Shown: positions 8,134 through 17,683, numbered from the stretch's first letter. The stretch is DNA of 42,685 bases from an uncultured virus (IMG/VR IMGVR_UViG_3300037483_001817) (IMGVR_UViG_3300037483_001817); one strand, 5' to 3'. Translations and numbers: made by a program. The notes: generated by a model from the letters alone, not told the origin.

Positions 8134-8442
8134 ATGCCCAGTAACTGCATGACCCGCATCTTCACGCTCGAATACGAACACACGTGGCCAGTAGAGCGCT
8201 GGTCTGATGATCTCATTCTCGCGCCTGATGTCCCACAGGAGATCTGGGGAGAGGACGCTGGGAAGCCAACGGGCCAAAGGTTTTTGCGTGACGTATCGGC
8301 TGTGCGGAATCACGAGCACGCTTGGGAGATCGTACGTTCTGACGCTCGCCCTGGTTTCGGAACCGTCCTGCACTCGGTGACGCCGCAAACGCACGAGTAC
8401 GTCAGCCAAGGGTTCCGCAGGAAGGATCACCGTGCCCCGTAA
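8134..8442 (+). CDS. hypothetical protein
   Basis: Abuts previous stop; ORF track. Confidence 0.5.
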   Translation: MPSNCMTRIFTLEYEHTWPVERWSDDLILAPDVPQEIWGEDAGKPTGQRFLRDVSAVRNHEHAWEIVRSDARPGFGTVLHSVTPQTHEYVSQGFRRKDHRAP

Positions 8443-8614
8443 CTGGTGTCCGCCATCGCGCCGTGGCCACACATGGCAAGAGCTGCCTCTCGTACCGCCG
8501 TCGCAAGGCGGCCCGAACATCCGCCAACTGTTCGCGCTGCGCCGATGCGCACGCTGCCAGGCGCTCGGGCGCGTGAACAAGAACGGCCTCATCGACGTCG
8601 TGGAGAAGCCGTGA
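8432..8614 (+). CDS. small Cys-containing hypothetical protein
   Basis: AAGGA SD; HTW...CARC. Confidence 0.5.
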   Translation: MPRNWCPPSRRGHTWQELPLVPPSQGGPNIRQLFALRRCARCQALGRVNKNGLIDVVEKP

Positions 8615-8841
8615 AAAGGAAGCGCCACGCCAAACGTACGATCGTCGTCGACGGCGTCACGTACACCTGGAAGTACGGCGACTGGGTCGAGATCCGTCGC
8701 GGTCGTGCCGTCGTGTTCCGGCGTCCCATCACCGACATCCTCGGCATCACGTGGGAGGCCCTAGAGCGCGGAGAGCGCAAAGGCTACGGCTTTCCGCTCA
8801 CCCCCAAGCGCGTGGCCGCACTGATCAAGGAACTACCATGA
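8611..8841 (+). CDS. hypothetical phage protein (RTIVVDGVTYTW...TPKRVAALI)
   Basis: GGAG SD, GTGA overlap; start re-assigned to 8611. Confidence 0.65.
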   Translation: MKRKRHAKRTIVVDGVTYTWKYGDWVEIRRGRAVVFRRPITDILGITWEALERGERKGYGFPLTPKRVAALIKELP

Positions 8842-9095
8842 CCCTCACCGACTCCGACGTGCGCACCATCATCCACGAGCTGCTCGACAGCAAGAGCGTG
8901 CCCACCCACGATCGCACGCGCTACGTGCGTGAGAACCGGAACTCGGTCGCGTTCCTGCGCGCGCTCCCGGCCCTCGTCGATCGCTACCTCAAGATCGTCG
9001 ACCCGCCGCGCACATGCCAGGTCGAGCACGACCACTGGGAGGGACCGATGATCTGCGGCAACACGCTGCCCTGCTCGCGACACGGAGGGCGCTGA
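8838..9095 (+). CDS. hypothetical protein with C-terminal Cys/His motif
   Basis: AAGGA SD, ATGA overlap; CGNTLPCSRH. Confidence 0.6.
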   Translation: MTLTDSDVRTIIHELLDSKSVPTHDRTRYVRENRNSVAFLRALPALVDRYLKIVDPPRTCQVEHDHWEGPMICGNTLPCSRHGGR

Positions 9096-9099
9096 TTTC

Positions 9100-9681
9100 A
9101 TGAGCCGGAAGAAACCGCCATCGAGCTTTCCTGCGCGTAGCGTCGTGTTCACGAACCTCGACCACGTGGTTGTTCGTGGCCTCAGGCTGACGTGCCAAAC
9201 GATTGTGATCAACGACGATCCCGATCTGAACGAGGGAAAAGAACGCCGCTTTCGTCTCGACGGCTACGGCACGACCTGCGTATGGCACGTCTTCTCGATG
9301 ACGTTGCGATCGAACAAGCACAAATGGGCGCCGATCGCCACTCCCAAGGGCGGCCCGTCGTTGCGCGGTGTGCTGCATGTCGATGCGAACGATGCAGAAG
9401 GATTCACAAGCCTCCAACTCGTGACTCGAGATTGGGATCGCGGCGTCCGCGTTCAGAGCTTCACCGGCAGTTGGACGCCGCGGCCCGACAACGCGGCGGA
9501 CGCTGATGCCCCGACGGACTGGCACGACTACAACCAACGCGTCATGCGTTGCGTCTTCGAGCAGAGCTGCGCCGAAACGTCCGCGCCGAACATGCTCATC
9601 GCACTAGCGATGCCGCCTGACACAGCGCGCCGGTTGCTCGATGCCGATGGCTCATCGTTCCGCTCACTGCCCAATCACTAG
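9100..9681 (+). CDS. hypothetical protein
   Basis: GGAGG SD; ORF track. Confidence 0.65.
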   Translation: MSRKKPPSSFPARSVVFTNLDHVVVRGLRLTCQTIVINDDPDLNEGKERRFRLDGYGTTCVWHVFSMTLRSNKHKWAPIATPKGGPSLRGVLHVDANDAEGFTSLQLVTRDWDRGVRVQSFTGSWTPRPDNAADADAPTDWHDYNQRVMRCVFEQSCAETSAPNMLIALAMPPDTARRLLDADGSSFRSLPNH

Positions 9682-9957
9682 ATGTCAAAGAACCTCAACA
9701 TGCCGCGCTTCCAGCTCAAAGTCTGGACCTCTCCGAAAGGAGTACGCCTCCCCGTGGGCTTCGGAATGCTCGTCGGTATGACCCACATCAGTGCGACGGT
9801 CATCGGAGCCAACACAGTTCAGTTCGTGCGCTTCACCATCGATGAATGGAACAAGCTTCCGATCTTTTGGTTCAAGGAAGATGGCGTGTATGACGGCCCG
9901 CGGCAATCCACGGAGATCCCTCCCCCTGCCAAGAAAGCAAGGAAAGACAGTCATTGA
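9682..9957 (+). CDS. hypothetical protein
   Basis: Abuts previous stop; ORF track. Confidence 0.55.
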   Translation: MSKNLNMPRFQLKVWTSPKGVRLPVGFGMLVGMTHISATVIGANTVQFVRFTIDEWNKLPIFWFKEDGVYDGPRQSTEIPPPAKKARKDSH

Positions 9958-10541
9958 TGACGAAGATCTGGCTCGACTGGTCTGACGGTCGCTACTCGAC
10001 CCGCCTGCTCACTGACGAAGAGGCGCAGGAGCGTGAGGCCATGAACCTCGACGTCGCGTACGTCGAAGACACGATCTGGCAGGCGTACCTCCGTGACTGC
10101 GAGCGCGACGCCATCTGGCAGGCGTACTGGCGAGCCATCAGCAACGAACACTACATGCGTCGGCGCGAGAAAGAGCTGCAACCTCTCGAGGACGCCCAGC
10201 GCGAGATCGAACGCCTCAAGTACGAGTTGGCGACAGCCAAGCGCATGGAAGCGTTCTACGAGGAGCAATACGCGAAGAACCTCAGAGATCGACACCGCGA
10301 GAAGTACGTCGAATACACCTGCATTTTTCCTCAGCCCGGCTGCAAGATCGAAGTCCTCCGGCCCGAGTGGCAGGAGAGAGCGCAGGAAATCATGGAGCAG
10401 TACAACGCGGCACGCATGGAGGGCAGCCTAAAGTATCAGGGCTGCTGCTGCGGCCACGAGCACAAGCTGCTCGATGCCGTGGAAGCCGGCATGCTCCGCG
10501 CCGCAGGCTTTCTCGTCGAGAACGCCACGGAGGTCGTGTAA
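9957..10541 (+). CDS. hypothetical coiled-coil protein with C-terminal GCCCGHEH motif
   Basis: TGATG overlap; Glu/Arg-rich helical middle. Confidence 0.7.
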   Translation: MTKIWLDWSDGRYSTRLLTDEEAQEREAMNLDVAYVEDTIWQAYLRDCERDAIWQAYWRAISNEHYMRRREKELQPLEDAQREIERLKYELATAKRMEAFYEEQYAKNLRDRHREKYVEYTCIFPQPGCKIEVLRPEWQERAQEIMEQYNAARMEGSLKYQGCCCGHEHKLLDAVEAGMLRAAGFLVENATEVV

Positions 10542-10544
10542 CAC

Positions 10545-10889
10545 GTGTCATCTCCGACGGAAGCCACGCACGTCCGTGCGACGCATCGCTACTATCCGAG
10601 TCGCGTACGCTTCGTCGGTACGATCCCCCACGGCAGAAACTTGCGTGAGATTGCGATCGACGTCGATCCCGAGCTGATCCTACGCATCGCAGACGCCCTT
10701 CGGGCGACGGACGGCGGTCGGAAATGCTTCTGGGTTGGTGGAAATGGTCCTCGCCATCCCAACCCGTACGGGAACATCGGCCACGCGCTGTGGCACGTGG
10801 AGAACCCCGATCACCCAATGCCTTGCATCGATCACTCGACCGTCATCGACGTCGGCTCACTCCCCGCAGGAACCCCGGAGGACAAGTGA
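10545..10889 (+). CDS. hypothetical protein
   Basis: GGAGG SD; ORF track. Confidence 0.55.
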   Translation: MSSPTEATHVRATHRYYPSRVRFVGTIPHGRNLREIAIDVDPELILRIADALRATDGGRKCFWVGGNGPRHPNPYGNIGHALWHVENPDHPMPCIDHSTVIDVGSLPAGTPEDK

Positions 10890-11068
10890 AACTCTTGGTC
10901 CCGGAGCGAACGGCGTTGTCGCAGATCCGCATGGCCCGACCGCATCGAGGAAGGTCTGAAATGTGCCAGGACTGCTGCGCCTACGAGTACAAACTGCTCG
11001 ACAACGCGGCAGCTCAGAAGCTCCGCGACGCAGGCTTTCTCGTCGAGTACGACACCGAGACCCAGTAA
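10886..11068 (+). CDS. short protein whose C-terminus duplicates the end of 9957-10541 (possible remnant)
   Basis: CCAYEYKLLD...KLRDAGFLVE vs CCGHEHKLLD...MLRAAGFLVE; GGAGG SD, GTGA overlap. Confidence 0.5.
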   Translation: MKLLVPERTALSQIRMARPHRGRSEMCQDCCAYEYKLLDNAAAQKLRDAGFLVEYDTETQ

Positions 11069-11083
11069 AGAGGAGCCGAGGAA

Positions 11084-11323
11084 ATGATCACCGCGTTCAT
11101 GTCTGACAACGAGTTGCACGGCGTCTACGTCATCCGCCGGGAAGGGTTGACGAAGATTCGCGCGGGAGGCTTCTGCGGCAAAGAGGACGACGCCGGCCCT
11201 GGCGTCTACCAGGTCCCCGAGTGGGCGTTCGACGGGCGGCCCACGTACGGCCCGCCCGGTGGAGAGATCACCGTATGCGCCAAGTGCTCGCACACCGTCG
11301 TGTCCCTGAAGCACCCCAGGTGA
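11084..11323 (+). CDS. hypothetical protein with C-terminal CxxC
   Basis: GAGGAG SD; CAKC. Confidence 0.6.
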   Translation: MITAFMSDNELHGVYVIRREGLTKIRAGGFCGKEDDAGPGVYQVPEWAFDGRPTYGPPGGEITVCAKCSHTVVSLKHPR

Positions 11324-12828
11324 TGCTGATGTCCACCACCTCCGACGACGAGCGAACCGGGCCGAAGCTCTCCGATCCAACCACGATCGATGCGGAGAAC
11401 CCGTTCGGCTCGACCGACGAAGGCACCAAGGTTGACATTGAGCGGCAGACCCAGCTGACGTTGGAGCCGCAGACCTCGCTCGTGCGCCGAAATAGCTTCC
11501 GCGAGCTGCCGCCCGGATCGGTCGTCGGCGATACCTACGAGATCGACGCGCGCCTCGGAGCAGGTGCCATGGGCGAGGTCTACGCGGCGAGGCACGTCAA
11601 CCTCGGCAAGCGCGTCGCGATCAAGGTGATCGGCCAGCGCCTCTCCGATGACGCCGACGCGATCGAGCGCTTCACGATGGAGGCGCGCACGCTCGCGCAG
11701 ATCCAGCACCCTGCGATCGTGGCTGTCGAGCACGTCGGAGAGCTGGCCGACGGACGCGCGTATTTCGTGATGGAGTTCTTGCGCGGGGAGTCGCTGTTCG
11801 AAAGACTCCAGCGTGGTCGCGTGTCATTGCCCGAGGCACTTCGCATCCTCGACCAAATGGCGCGCGGACTCGACGCTGCACACGGCGAGGGAGTTACCCA
11901 CCGCGATCTCAAGCCGGAGAACACGTTCTTGGTTCAGTTGCCCGGCGAACCGCCGACCATCAAGCTCCTCGACTTTGGCTTGGCGAAGCTTGCCGCGGAC
12001 CACGCTGGCCACGCCGACGTCGATCGTCGTGCAGAGCGCACGCAGAGCGGCGTCGCGATCGGCACGCCGATGTACATGTCCCCCGAGCAGATGCGCGGCC
12101 CTGACGTCGATCACCGCACCGACATCTATGCGCTCGGCTGCGTCGCGTACGAGCTGGTGCTCGGTGTCCCGCCCTTCGCACACGCCAAGACCACGCCTGA
12201 GCTCTACGCGGCGCACCTGCACGAAGCACCCCCGCTACCGAGATCGATCTGGCCGGAGATTCCTCCGCAGCTCGACCTCGCGCTGTTCGCGTTGCTCGCC
12301 AAGGATCCGGCGCACCGCCCCACACTCGCGCAGTTCCGGGCAGTCATCGCAGGCACACGAGTGACGACACCGTCGCAACGTGCGGCCACCGAGTTCGTCG
12401 GCCCTCGCGCGCCGATCACGACGGCACGGAAGCTGACCATCCTGACGGTCATGGTGATCGCGATTGCCGCCCTGATCGGCGGAATCTCGATCGGAATGAA
12501 GCTGCTCTCCGTGTCGAAAGGTCCGCCATCCCCGACCGCACCGATCACACCCACTGCACCGAAGATCGCGTCGCCGGCAGTGCTGCCGCCAGACGTGCCC
12601 GCACCCTCGCCCGTCAAGACTCCGCGCGTCGCGGAGCCGGTGCGATCGCCATCGGCACCGTCGCGTGGAACGAAAGGTGGCAACAGCTCGAAAAAGCCGC
12701 CGACTGTGCCGCAAAACGTTGCCAGCGACGCCGGGGTCGAGCCCGATCCTTCACAGGCACCGAAGTATCCACCCGTTGTCGATCGCAACCAGACCATCAA
12801 CCCGTTCAAGCGCAAGGTGAGCCCGTGA
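11323..12828 (+). CDS. Hanks-type Ser/Thr protein kinase, membrane-anchored, Pro-rich C-terminal tail
   Basis: LGAGAMGEVY, VAIK, HRDLKPEN, DFGLAK, GTPMYMSPEQ, DIYALG; TM ILTVMVIAIAALIGGISIG; tail ending INPF; start set at TGATG overlap. Confidence 0.95.
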   Translation: MLMSTTSDDERTGPKLSDPTTIDAENPFGSTDEGTKVDIERQTQLTLEPQTSLVRRNSFRELPPGSVVGDTYEIDARLGAGAMGEVYAARHVNLGKRVAIKVIGQRLSDDADAIERFTMEARTLAQIQHPAIVAVEHVGELADGRAYFVMEFLRGESLFERLQRGRVSLPEALRILDQMARGLDAAHGEGVTHRDLKPENTFLVQLPGEPPTIKLLDFGLAKLAADHAGHADVDRRAERTQSGVAIGTPMYMSPEQMRGPDVDHRTDIYALGCVAYELVLGVPPFAHAKTTPELYAAHLHEAPPLPRSIWPEIPPQLDLALFALLAKDPAHRPTLAQFRAVIAGTRVTTPSQRAATEFVGPRAPITTARKLTILTVMVIAIAALIGGISIGMKLLSVSKGPPSPTAPITPTAPKIASPAVLPPDVPAPSPVKTPRVAEPVRSPSAPSRGTKGGNSSKKPPTVPQNVASDAGVEPDPSQAPKYPPVVDRNQTINPFKRKVSP

Positions 12829-13313
12829 CCTACGAAGATCTTCTCAATCGCATCATCGCCGACGGTATCGCGGAGGTCCGCGTGGCATACGACGACCCCA
12901 AGGAACATCACAAGCGTGACGGCGCGATCGAAGGCTTCGAAGCGTGCAGCGGCAAAACGCCGAACGACCTCGTGGCCCTATGGACAGAGGCCGAGCGGAG
13001 AGCGGCTCAGCTCATGCGAAACACGACGAGCCTTCCACCACTAGATCACGTACTTGGTGGTGGTCTTATGGTGCCGGCCGTCGTAGGACTCCCACGTGAT
13101 CGTCAGGAGACCTCATCCAGCGAGGCACAGGATTACGTACGACAGCGCTACAAGGCGCTGCAAATCGAATTTGTTTTGAACGTCCTTTCGATCGCCCTAG
13201 AAAAGCCGTTGCTGGCGCACCTGCCGACCGCGCGCGGCTCCATGAAGTACGCCGCGATGGTCGCCGCGTACGCCGCGATCGTCAACGTACGCGACGAAGG
13301 CGTCAGCGCGTGA
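12825..13313 (+). CDS. hypothetical protein
   Basis: GTGA coupling both ends. Confidence 0.65.
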   Translation: MTYEDLLNRIIADGIAEVRVAYDDPKEHHKRDGAIEGFEACSGKTPNDLVALWTEAERRAAQLMRNTTSLPPLDHVLGGGLMVPAVVGLPRDRQETSSSEAQDYVRQRYKALQIEFVLNVLSIALEKPLLAHLPTARGSMKYAAMVAAYAAIVNVRDEGVSA

Positions 13314-13519
13314 AGCTCATAATCTACCAGCCCGGTGGTGAGCCGATCGAGATCGAAGCCCATCGTGTCCGCGTGCTGTGCGGGCTCGATCACTTCGAGA
13401 TGCGTGAGCAATCCGGGCTGCTCGTTCGACTCGAAGAGCACGCCGGTAACCTCACGTCGGAACTCGCCGTGTTCCCGAACGGCGGGAACACCGTACGGTT
13501 GAAAGGAGGACTTCGATGA
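13310..13519 (+). CDS. hypothetical protein
   Basis: Coupled both ends. Confidence 0.55.
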   Translation: MKLIIYQPGGEPIEIEAHRVRVLCGLDHFEMREQSGLLVRLEEHAGNLTSELAVFPNGGNTVRLKGGLR

Positions 13520-13737
13520 AGATCAAAAGCGGAAACGAACTCGACTGGGAGATGGCGCTCAAAGCCGCACAGGACCTCGTCAAGCAGTGCGAGGCCGCCT
13601 TCTACGCGCCACCCGAAGCGGTCAGCTCCCATTTCGTTCACGTCAACCGTGTCTGCGTCGCAATGGACGCGATCGTCGACGCCCTCAAGCTCCAGCACGG
13701 GTCGGGCAACCCACCGACGCGTGTGGAGTCACCATGA
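13516..13737 (+). CDS. hypothetical protein
   Basis: AGGAGG SD, ATGA overlaps. Confidence 0.6.
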   Translation: MKIKSGNELDWEMALKAAQDLVKQCEAAFYAPPEAVSSHFVHVNRVCVAMDAIVDALKLQHGSGNPPTRVESP

Positions 13738-14495
13738 AGACCGCGCTGATCATCGTCTGCGTGATCACCACTGTCTCGGCCACCGCACGCGCGCAGCCCA
13801 GCGCAGAGGAGCTCTACACGGAAGGACAGACAGCCTACGACCACGGTGACTACGCGACGGCGGTCGTGAAGTGGCAGGCAGCCTACGATCTGTCGAAGGC
13901 GAGCGGCCTGCTCTTCAACCTCGCTCAAGCCAAGCGCCTCTCGGGCAACTGCGTCGGCGCGGTCGCGACCTACCGCCGCTTCATTACGGACGACCCAGAT
14001 TCTACGTCCGAGCAGCACAAGCTCGCCAAGGATCTCGCGCTCGAGCTAGAGGGGAAGTGCCCGACGCAAACGGCTGTGCTGCCACCACCGAAGGTGGTCA
14101 ACGATCCAACGTCAGGTAACGGAGCCCAAGGGCGGAGCGCCCCTACCGTGGTCACCACGCAGTCAGGCCGGCCGTGGAAGCTTGCCGGCCTCGTCACGGA
14201 CGGTGCCGGCGTCGTGGTGTTTGCTGTCGGGTTGGGCCTCGGGAGCCACGGCGCCTCGATCGGCGACGAGGTGACCACCGCGTGCCGGGCGAGCTGCGAC
14301 TGGGCAGCGTTGAAGGACAAGGACGCGCGGGGGAAGCGCGCGGTCACGATCGGCAAGGTGCTCGACGGCGTCGGCGTAGCCGCGATCGCCGGTGGAGCCG
14401 TCTTCTACTTCCTTGGCGTCCACAAAGAAACGCTCACGATCACGCCCGCCCCAGGCGGTGGTGGGGGCGTCGTTTCATGGAGAGCTTCATGGTGA
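13734..14495 (+). CDS. secreted TPR protein of myxobacterial type with C-terminal hydrophobic segments
   Basis: Signal peptide MKTALIIVCVITTVSATARA; TPR AEELYTEGQTAYDHGDYATAVVKWQAAY...LLFNLAQAKRL; terminal aromatic (VSWRASW). Confidence 0.8.
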   Translation: MKTALIIVCVITTVSATARAQPSAEELYTEGQTAYDHGDYATAVVKWQAAYDLSKASGLLFNLAQAKRLSGNCVGAVATYRRFITDDPDSTSEQHKLAKDLALELEGKCPTQTAVLPPPKVVNDPTSGNGAQGRSAPTVVTTQSGRPWKLAGLVTDGAGVVVFAVGLGLGSHGASIGDEVTTACRASCDWAALKDKDARGKRAVTIGKVLDGVGVAAIAGGAVFYFLGVHKETLTITPAPGGGGGVVSWRASW

Positions 14496-15475
14496 GATTA
14501 CTCGCAGCGCTTTCGATCGTCCTCTCCGCGTGCGCGTACGACGCGAGCTACGGAGACTGCGCAGTCCACTGCACGACCGACTCGGGATGCCCGGACGGCC
14601 TGACCTGCGGACCTGAGAACCTGTGCCGCACCGCGGACGCGGAAGCGTGCCTGCTGCCGAACGATGGCACAGGCGGCACGATCACCCACGTCGACGGCCG
14701 CACCATCCACATGTTCTCGGCAAGCCAGTCGGGCTCGACGTTCGAGGCACCGTCGGACATGGCAAACGTCGAGCTGCTGGTCGTTGCAGGTGGCGGTGGC
14801 GGTGGCTCGACGCGCGGTGGCGGCGGAGGTGGCGGCGGTGGCGTAATGCACACGGCAAGCTACGCGATCACACAACCGTCGTACGTAGTCATGGTCGGCT
14901 ACGGCGGCGCGCCGTCCATGAACGGCGGCAGCTCGACGTTCGGGACGATCACGACGGTTGGCGGCGGAGCCGGTCGGGCTAGTGCCTCGGCAGATGGTGG
15001 AAGCGGCGGAGGTGCGAGTCATGACACGAACGACGGTCCCGCTGGCTTTGGAACTTCCGGTCAAGGCAATCGTGGCGGGTTGAACGGCTCTTACAACCTC
15101 AGCAGCCTGACCTTCATGGGAGCTGGAGGTGGAGGTGCGGGCGGAGGCGGAGAAAACGGCACTCCGGGTGCTGGTGGAACAGGTGGTCCTGGATTGGCCT
15201 TCGCAATCTCCGGCACGCCGAGCTACTACGGGGGCGGTGGAGGCGGCGGAGATCAGGACCTCGGGAGCCACGGACTCTCTCCGGGCATCGGTGGCATCGG
15301 TGGTGGTGGCGACGGTGGCCTCAATTCAATGGGCAAAGATGCAGTAAACGGGACTGGTGGCGGTGGCGGCGGTGGCGGCGGTGGCGACGTCAACGACAAC
15401 TTCTACAAAGGCGGTCGCGGCGGCGACGGCGTCGTGTTTGTCAGCTACGTGACCGCACTGGTGAACGGGAACTAG
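14489..15475 (+). CDS. lipoprotein with Cys-rich N-domain fused to a glycine-rich (phage fibre-like) domain
   Basis: Lipobox LSAC; CTTDSGCPDGLTCGPENLC; VELLVVAGGGGGG...YYGGGGGGG...GGDGVVFVSY. Confidence 0.8.
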   Translation: MVRLLAALSIVLSACAYDASYGDCAVHCTTDSGCPDGLTCGPENLCRTADAEACLLPNDGTGGTITHVDGRTIHMFSASQSGSTFEAPSDMANVELLVVAGGGGGGSTRGGGGGGGGGVMHTASYAITQPSYVVMVGYGGAPSMNGGSSTFGTITTVGGGAGRASASADGGSGGGASHDTNDGPAGFGTSGQGNRGGLNGSYNLSSLTFMGAGGGGAGGGGENGTPGAGGTGGPGLAFAISGTPSYYGGGGGGGDQDLGSHGLSPGIGGIGGGGDGGLNSMGKDAVNGTGGGGGGGGGGDVNDNFYKGGRGGDGVVFVSYVTALVNGN

Positions 15476-15770
15476 CAGCTCGAAATGTCCCTTCTTCGAG
15501 GACAGCCCCCTCAAGACCTTCGGCGGCATCCTCGTGAAAGCACTCATGGCCGAGTCAAAGACCGGGCTCTGCAACCTTCTACCGTCCGGTGAATTCCTGC
15601 CCACCACCGACCTCAAGCCCGGCCTTCCGCCCGGACCACAGCGCAACGCAGAGGAGCCACGATTCGCCAAGGCACGATCGCGACGCGTCGTCTACGACAA
15701 GCAGCTGATCCCGGACGACTGCCCGCTCAGGCAAGACGACTGGACAGTCACGATCACAGACGACAACTGA
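15465..15770 (+). pseudogene. 5'-truncated Cys-motif phage gene (xSKCPFF...C...PDDCPL); in-frame GTG at 15534
   Basis: Reading frame stays protein-like upstream of 15534 (SSKCPFFEDSPLKTFGGIL) up to a TGA at 15462 inside the lipoprotein gene end. Confidence 0.4.
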
Positions 15771-16070
15771 TGGCGCCACGACACTCACCGCGTTGGCAAG
15801 TTCCAGCTCGACAGCGCGCAACGCAGGAGAACGTTCCAGCACCCCTGCATGTAACAGCGTGCGAGGACGTTCCAGCGCGCGCGATCGTTCCAACTCGGCT
15901 GCAAGCAGCTCGAGCACAGCGATGTCATCAGCAGTGGCGTTACGCATGAAGTCCAAGTCCAAAAACCAGAGGGACCTTCTACCACGCACCGCCGCCATTG
16001 CCGATGCGGCGCAGATCTCCAGCGGTGACGTGCTGGGGAAGTCGGGACTGATCTTCATGCAGGAGCGTTG

Positions 16071-16391
16071 ATGCCCGGACCAAAACACATGCGGAAGCCA
16101 CTGCCCGAGTACCGGGTTATCAAGGACGCACGTGTCATTCGGGTGCACGCGCTCGGATCCGCCGAGTCGACGGCATGGCCGTGGCCGTTCTCTGTCGACA
16201 AGGATGGCAACGATGCGCATGACGACGCTGCGCACCGCGCCCGCTACGCGCCGCATCTGCTGACCAAGGCGGACGCGATGGAGCTTGCTGGGATCGCCGA
16301 CGCCTACAAGACCCTGATCACCCATCCGGCCTCAAGCATGCGCGACATGGTCCGCACGCTGCACCGCATCTTCTGTAAAGAGTTCCGGTGA
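16071..16391 (+). CDS. hypothetical protein
   Basis: AGGAG SD, TGATG overlap. Confidence 0.6.
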   Translation: MPGPKHMRKPLPEYRVIKDARVIRVHALGSAESTAWPWPFSVDKDGNDAHDDAAHRARYAPHLLTKADAMELAGIADAYKTLITHPASSMRDMVRTLHRIFCKEFR

Positions 16392-16726
16392 AGCTTGCCG
16401 ACGTGATGCGATCTTCAACACGGCGCCTACTACCCGCCGAGCTACGGGACGGTCGCTACGTAAAGCCCTGCGCCCTCCTGGAGATCGAGCAGCTCTGGGC
16501 CGGCAGACGCGAGGTCTGGACGAAGTCTCATGGGCGGGCAACCTGCTACCACGTCATGGTCGATAGTGCGGTTGCTGCCTGCCGACCGTTCCGACATGAC
16601 CGCTGGAGCTACTACAACGGCATCATTATCTGCGAAGCTACGCTAGTGCCGATCGGCCAGGTTCCTTCGCACATGCTCTGCCGACGCAACGGATGTCGGC
16701 AGATCTTCGACGCGTTCTTGACCTGA
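16388..16726 (+). CDS. hypothetical protein with Cys motifs
   Basis: GTGA overlap; CRRNGC. Confidence 0.55.
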   Translation: MKLADVMRSSTRRLLPAELRDGRYVKPCALLEIEQLWAGRREVWTKSHGRATCYHVMVDSAVAACRPFRHDRWSYYNGIIICEATLVPIGQVPSHMLCRRNGCRQIFDAFLT

Positions 16727-16782
16727 AACTCGCGCCACCATGCACGTTCACCTACGATCAGTCCCAGAGACACGCACGAGCC

Positions 16783-17097
16783 ATGAGTAAGAAGAAGTCG
16801 CCGATGGTTCTCGGCTACACGCGTAGCGGCCATCCCGTGCTGCTGCCGACGCGTCATACGCCGGATATGGACCAGTTCATCAGCTGGACACCCGGCGACC
16901 ACCTCGACGCGTCGCGTATCCTCGTGGAGCACGGAGAACGCGAAGTCGATCCGATCGGGCCCTGGTGCACGCACTGGGCAGGCGCTCACGGGGAGCTTGG
17001 CAAGAACGCCAAGAAGAAAGCGCGCCGAGCGCGCCGAATCCGAAGCCAGATTCGCGGAGCTGCGGAAGCTACGATCCTCTCGGGCCGACGTCGCTGA
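16783..17097 (+). CDS. basic hypothetical protein (LGYTRSGHPV...WTPGDHLDA)
   Basis: Start re-assigned to ATG 16783; TACGAT candidate -10 upstream. Confidence 0.6.
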   Translation: MSKKKSPMVLGYTRSGHPVLLPTRHTPDMDQFISWTPGDHLDASRILVEHGEREVDPIGPWCTHWAGAHGELGKNAKKKARRARRIRSQIRGAAEATILSGRRR

Positions 17098-17126
17098 CAC
17101 GCACTGAAAACGCGAACGACCGCCGA

Positions 17127-17651
17127 TCAGGCGCCCTGACTCACGATGATGAAGAAGGCCGTATCTCCGAGCGATCCGGATACCGGAAAGTCGGTCCGAT
17201 TGCGTACGGTGACGATGCCTCCGAATACGTTTGCCTGGATGATGCCGAACGCTCCTACACCATCAATGGTCACCACAGGAACGACCTTGGCATCCGCCGG
17301 AGGGATTCCTCCGAGGGTCAGGTCGTACGTTCCAAGCGACGTTCTTGCAATGGCCGAAAATCCGGTGTTGGCCAAGACGGTGCCATCGGCGGCAACATGT
17401 GCAACTGCAAGGATCGGAGCCCCACTTGCGGCAGGCCCCGTCGATCCCGTCGATCCTGTTGGACCTGTCGGTCCAGTCGGCCCCGTCGGACCTGTGGCAC
17501 CGAAGCCCGTCGGTCCCGTAAATCCCGTCGGTCCGGTGTCACCGTCGTGACCGCGGTGACCGCGATGGCCGCGGTGACCACGCTCTCCGCGCTCGCCGCC
17601 CTCGCCTTCACAGTCGTCGCAGTTCGGAATGCGTGGGGTCAAATCAGCCAT
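17127..17651 (-). CDS. collagen-like protein with beta-rich C-terminal head
   Basis: Continuous G-X-Y run (GER, GHR, GPT); N-terminal [14 protein letters not shown]. Confidence 0.85.
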   Translation of the reverse strand: MADLTPRIPNCDDCEGEGGERGERGHRGHRGHRGHDGDTGPTGFTGPTGFGATGPTGPTGPTGPTGSTGSTGPAASGAPILAVAHVAADGTVLANTGFSAIARTSLGTYDLTLGGIPPADAKVVPVVTIDGVGAFGIIQANVFGGIVTVRNRTDFPVSGSLGDTAFFIIVSQGA

Positions 17652-17683
17652 GCACGAAGGCTATCAGCGCCCTCGATCGAAGG

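Noticed and set aside
15770..16071. Four GTTCCA repeats and two small coupled ORFs (15770-15949, 15946-16071)
   Set aside because: Repeats are short and irregularly spaced; the coding frame and strand are ambiguous
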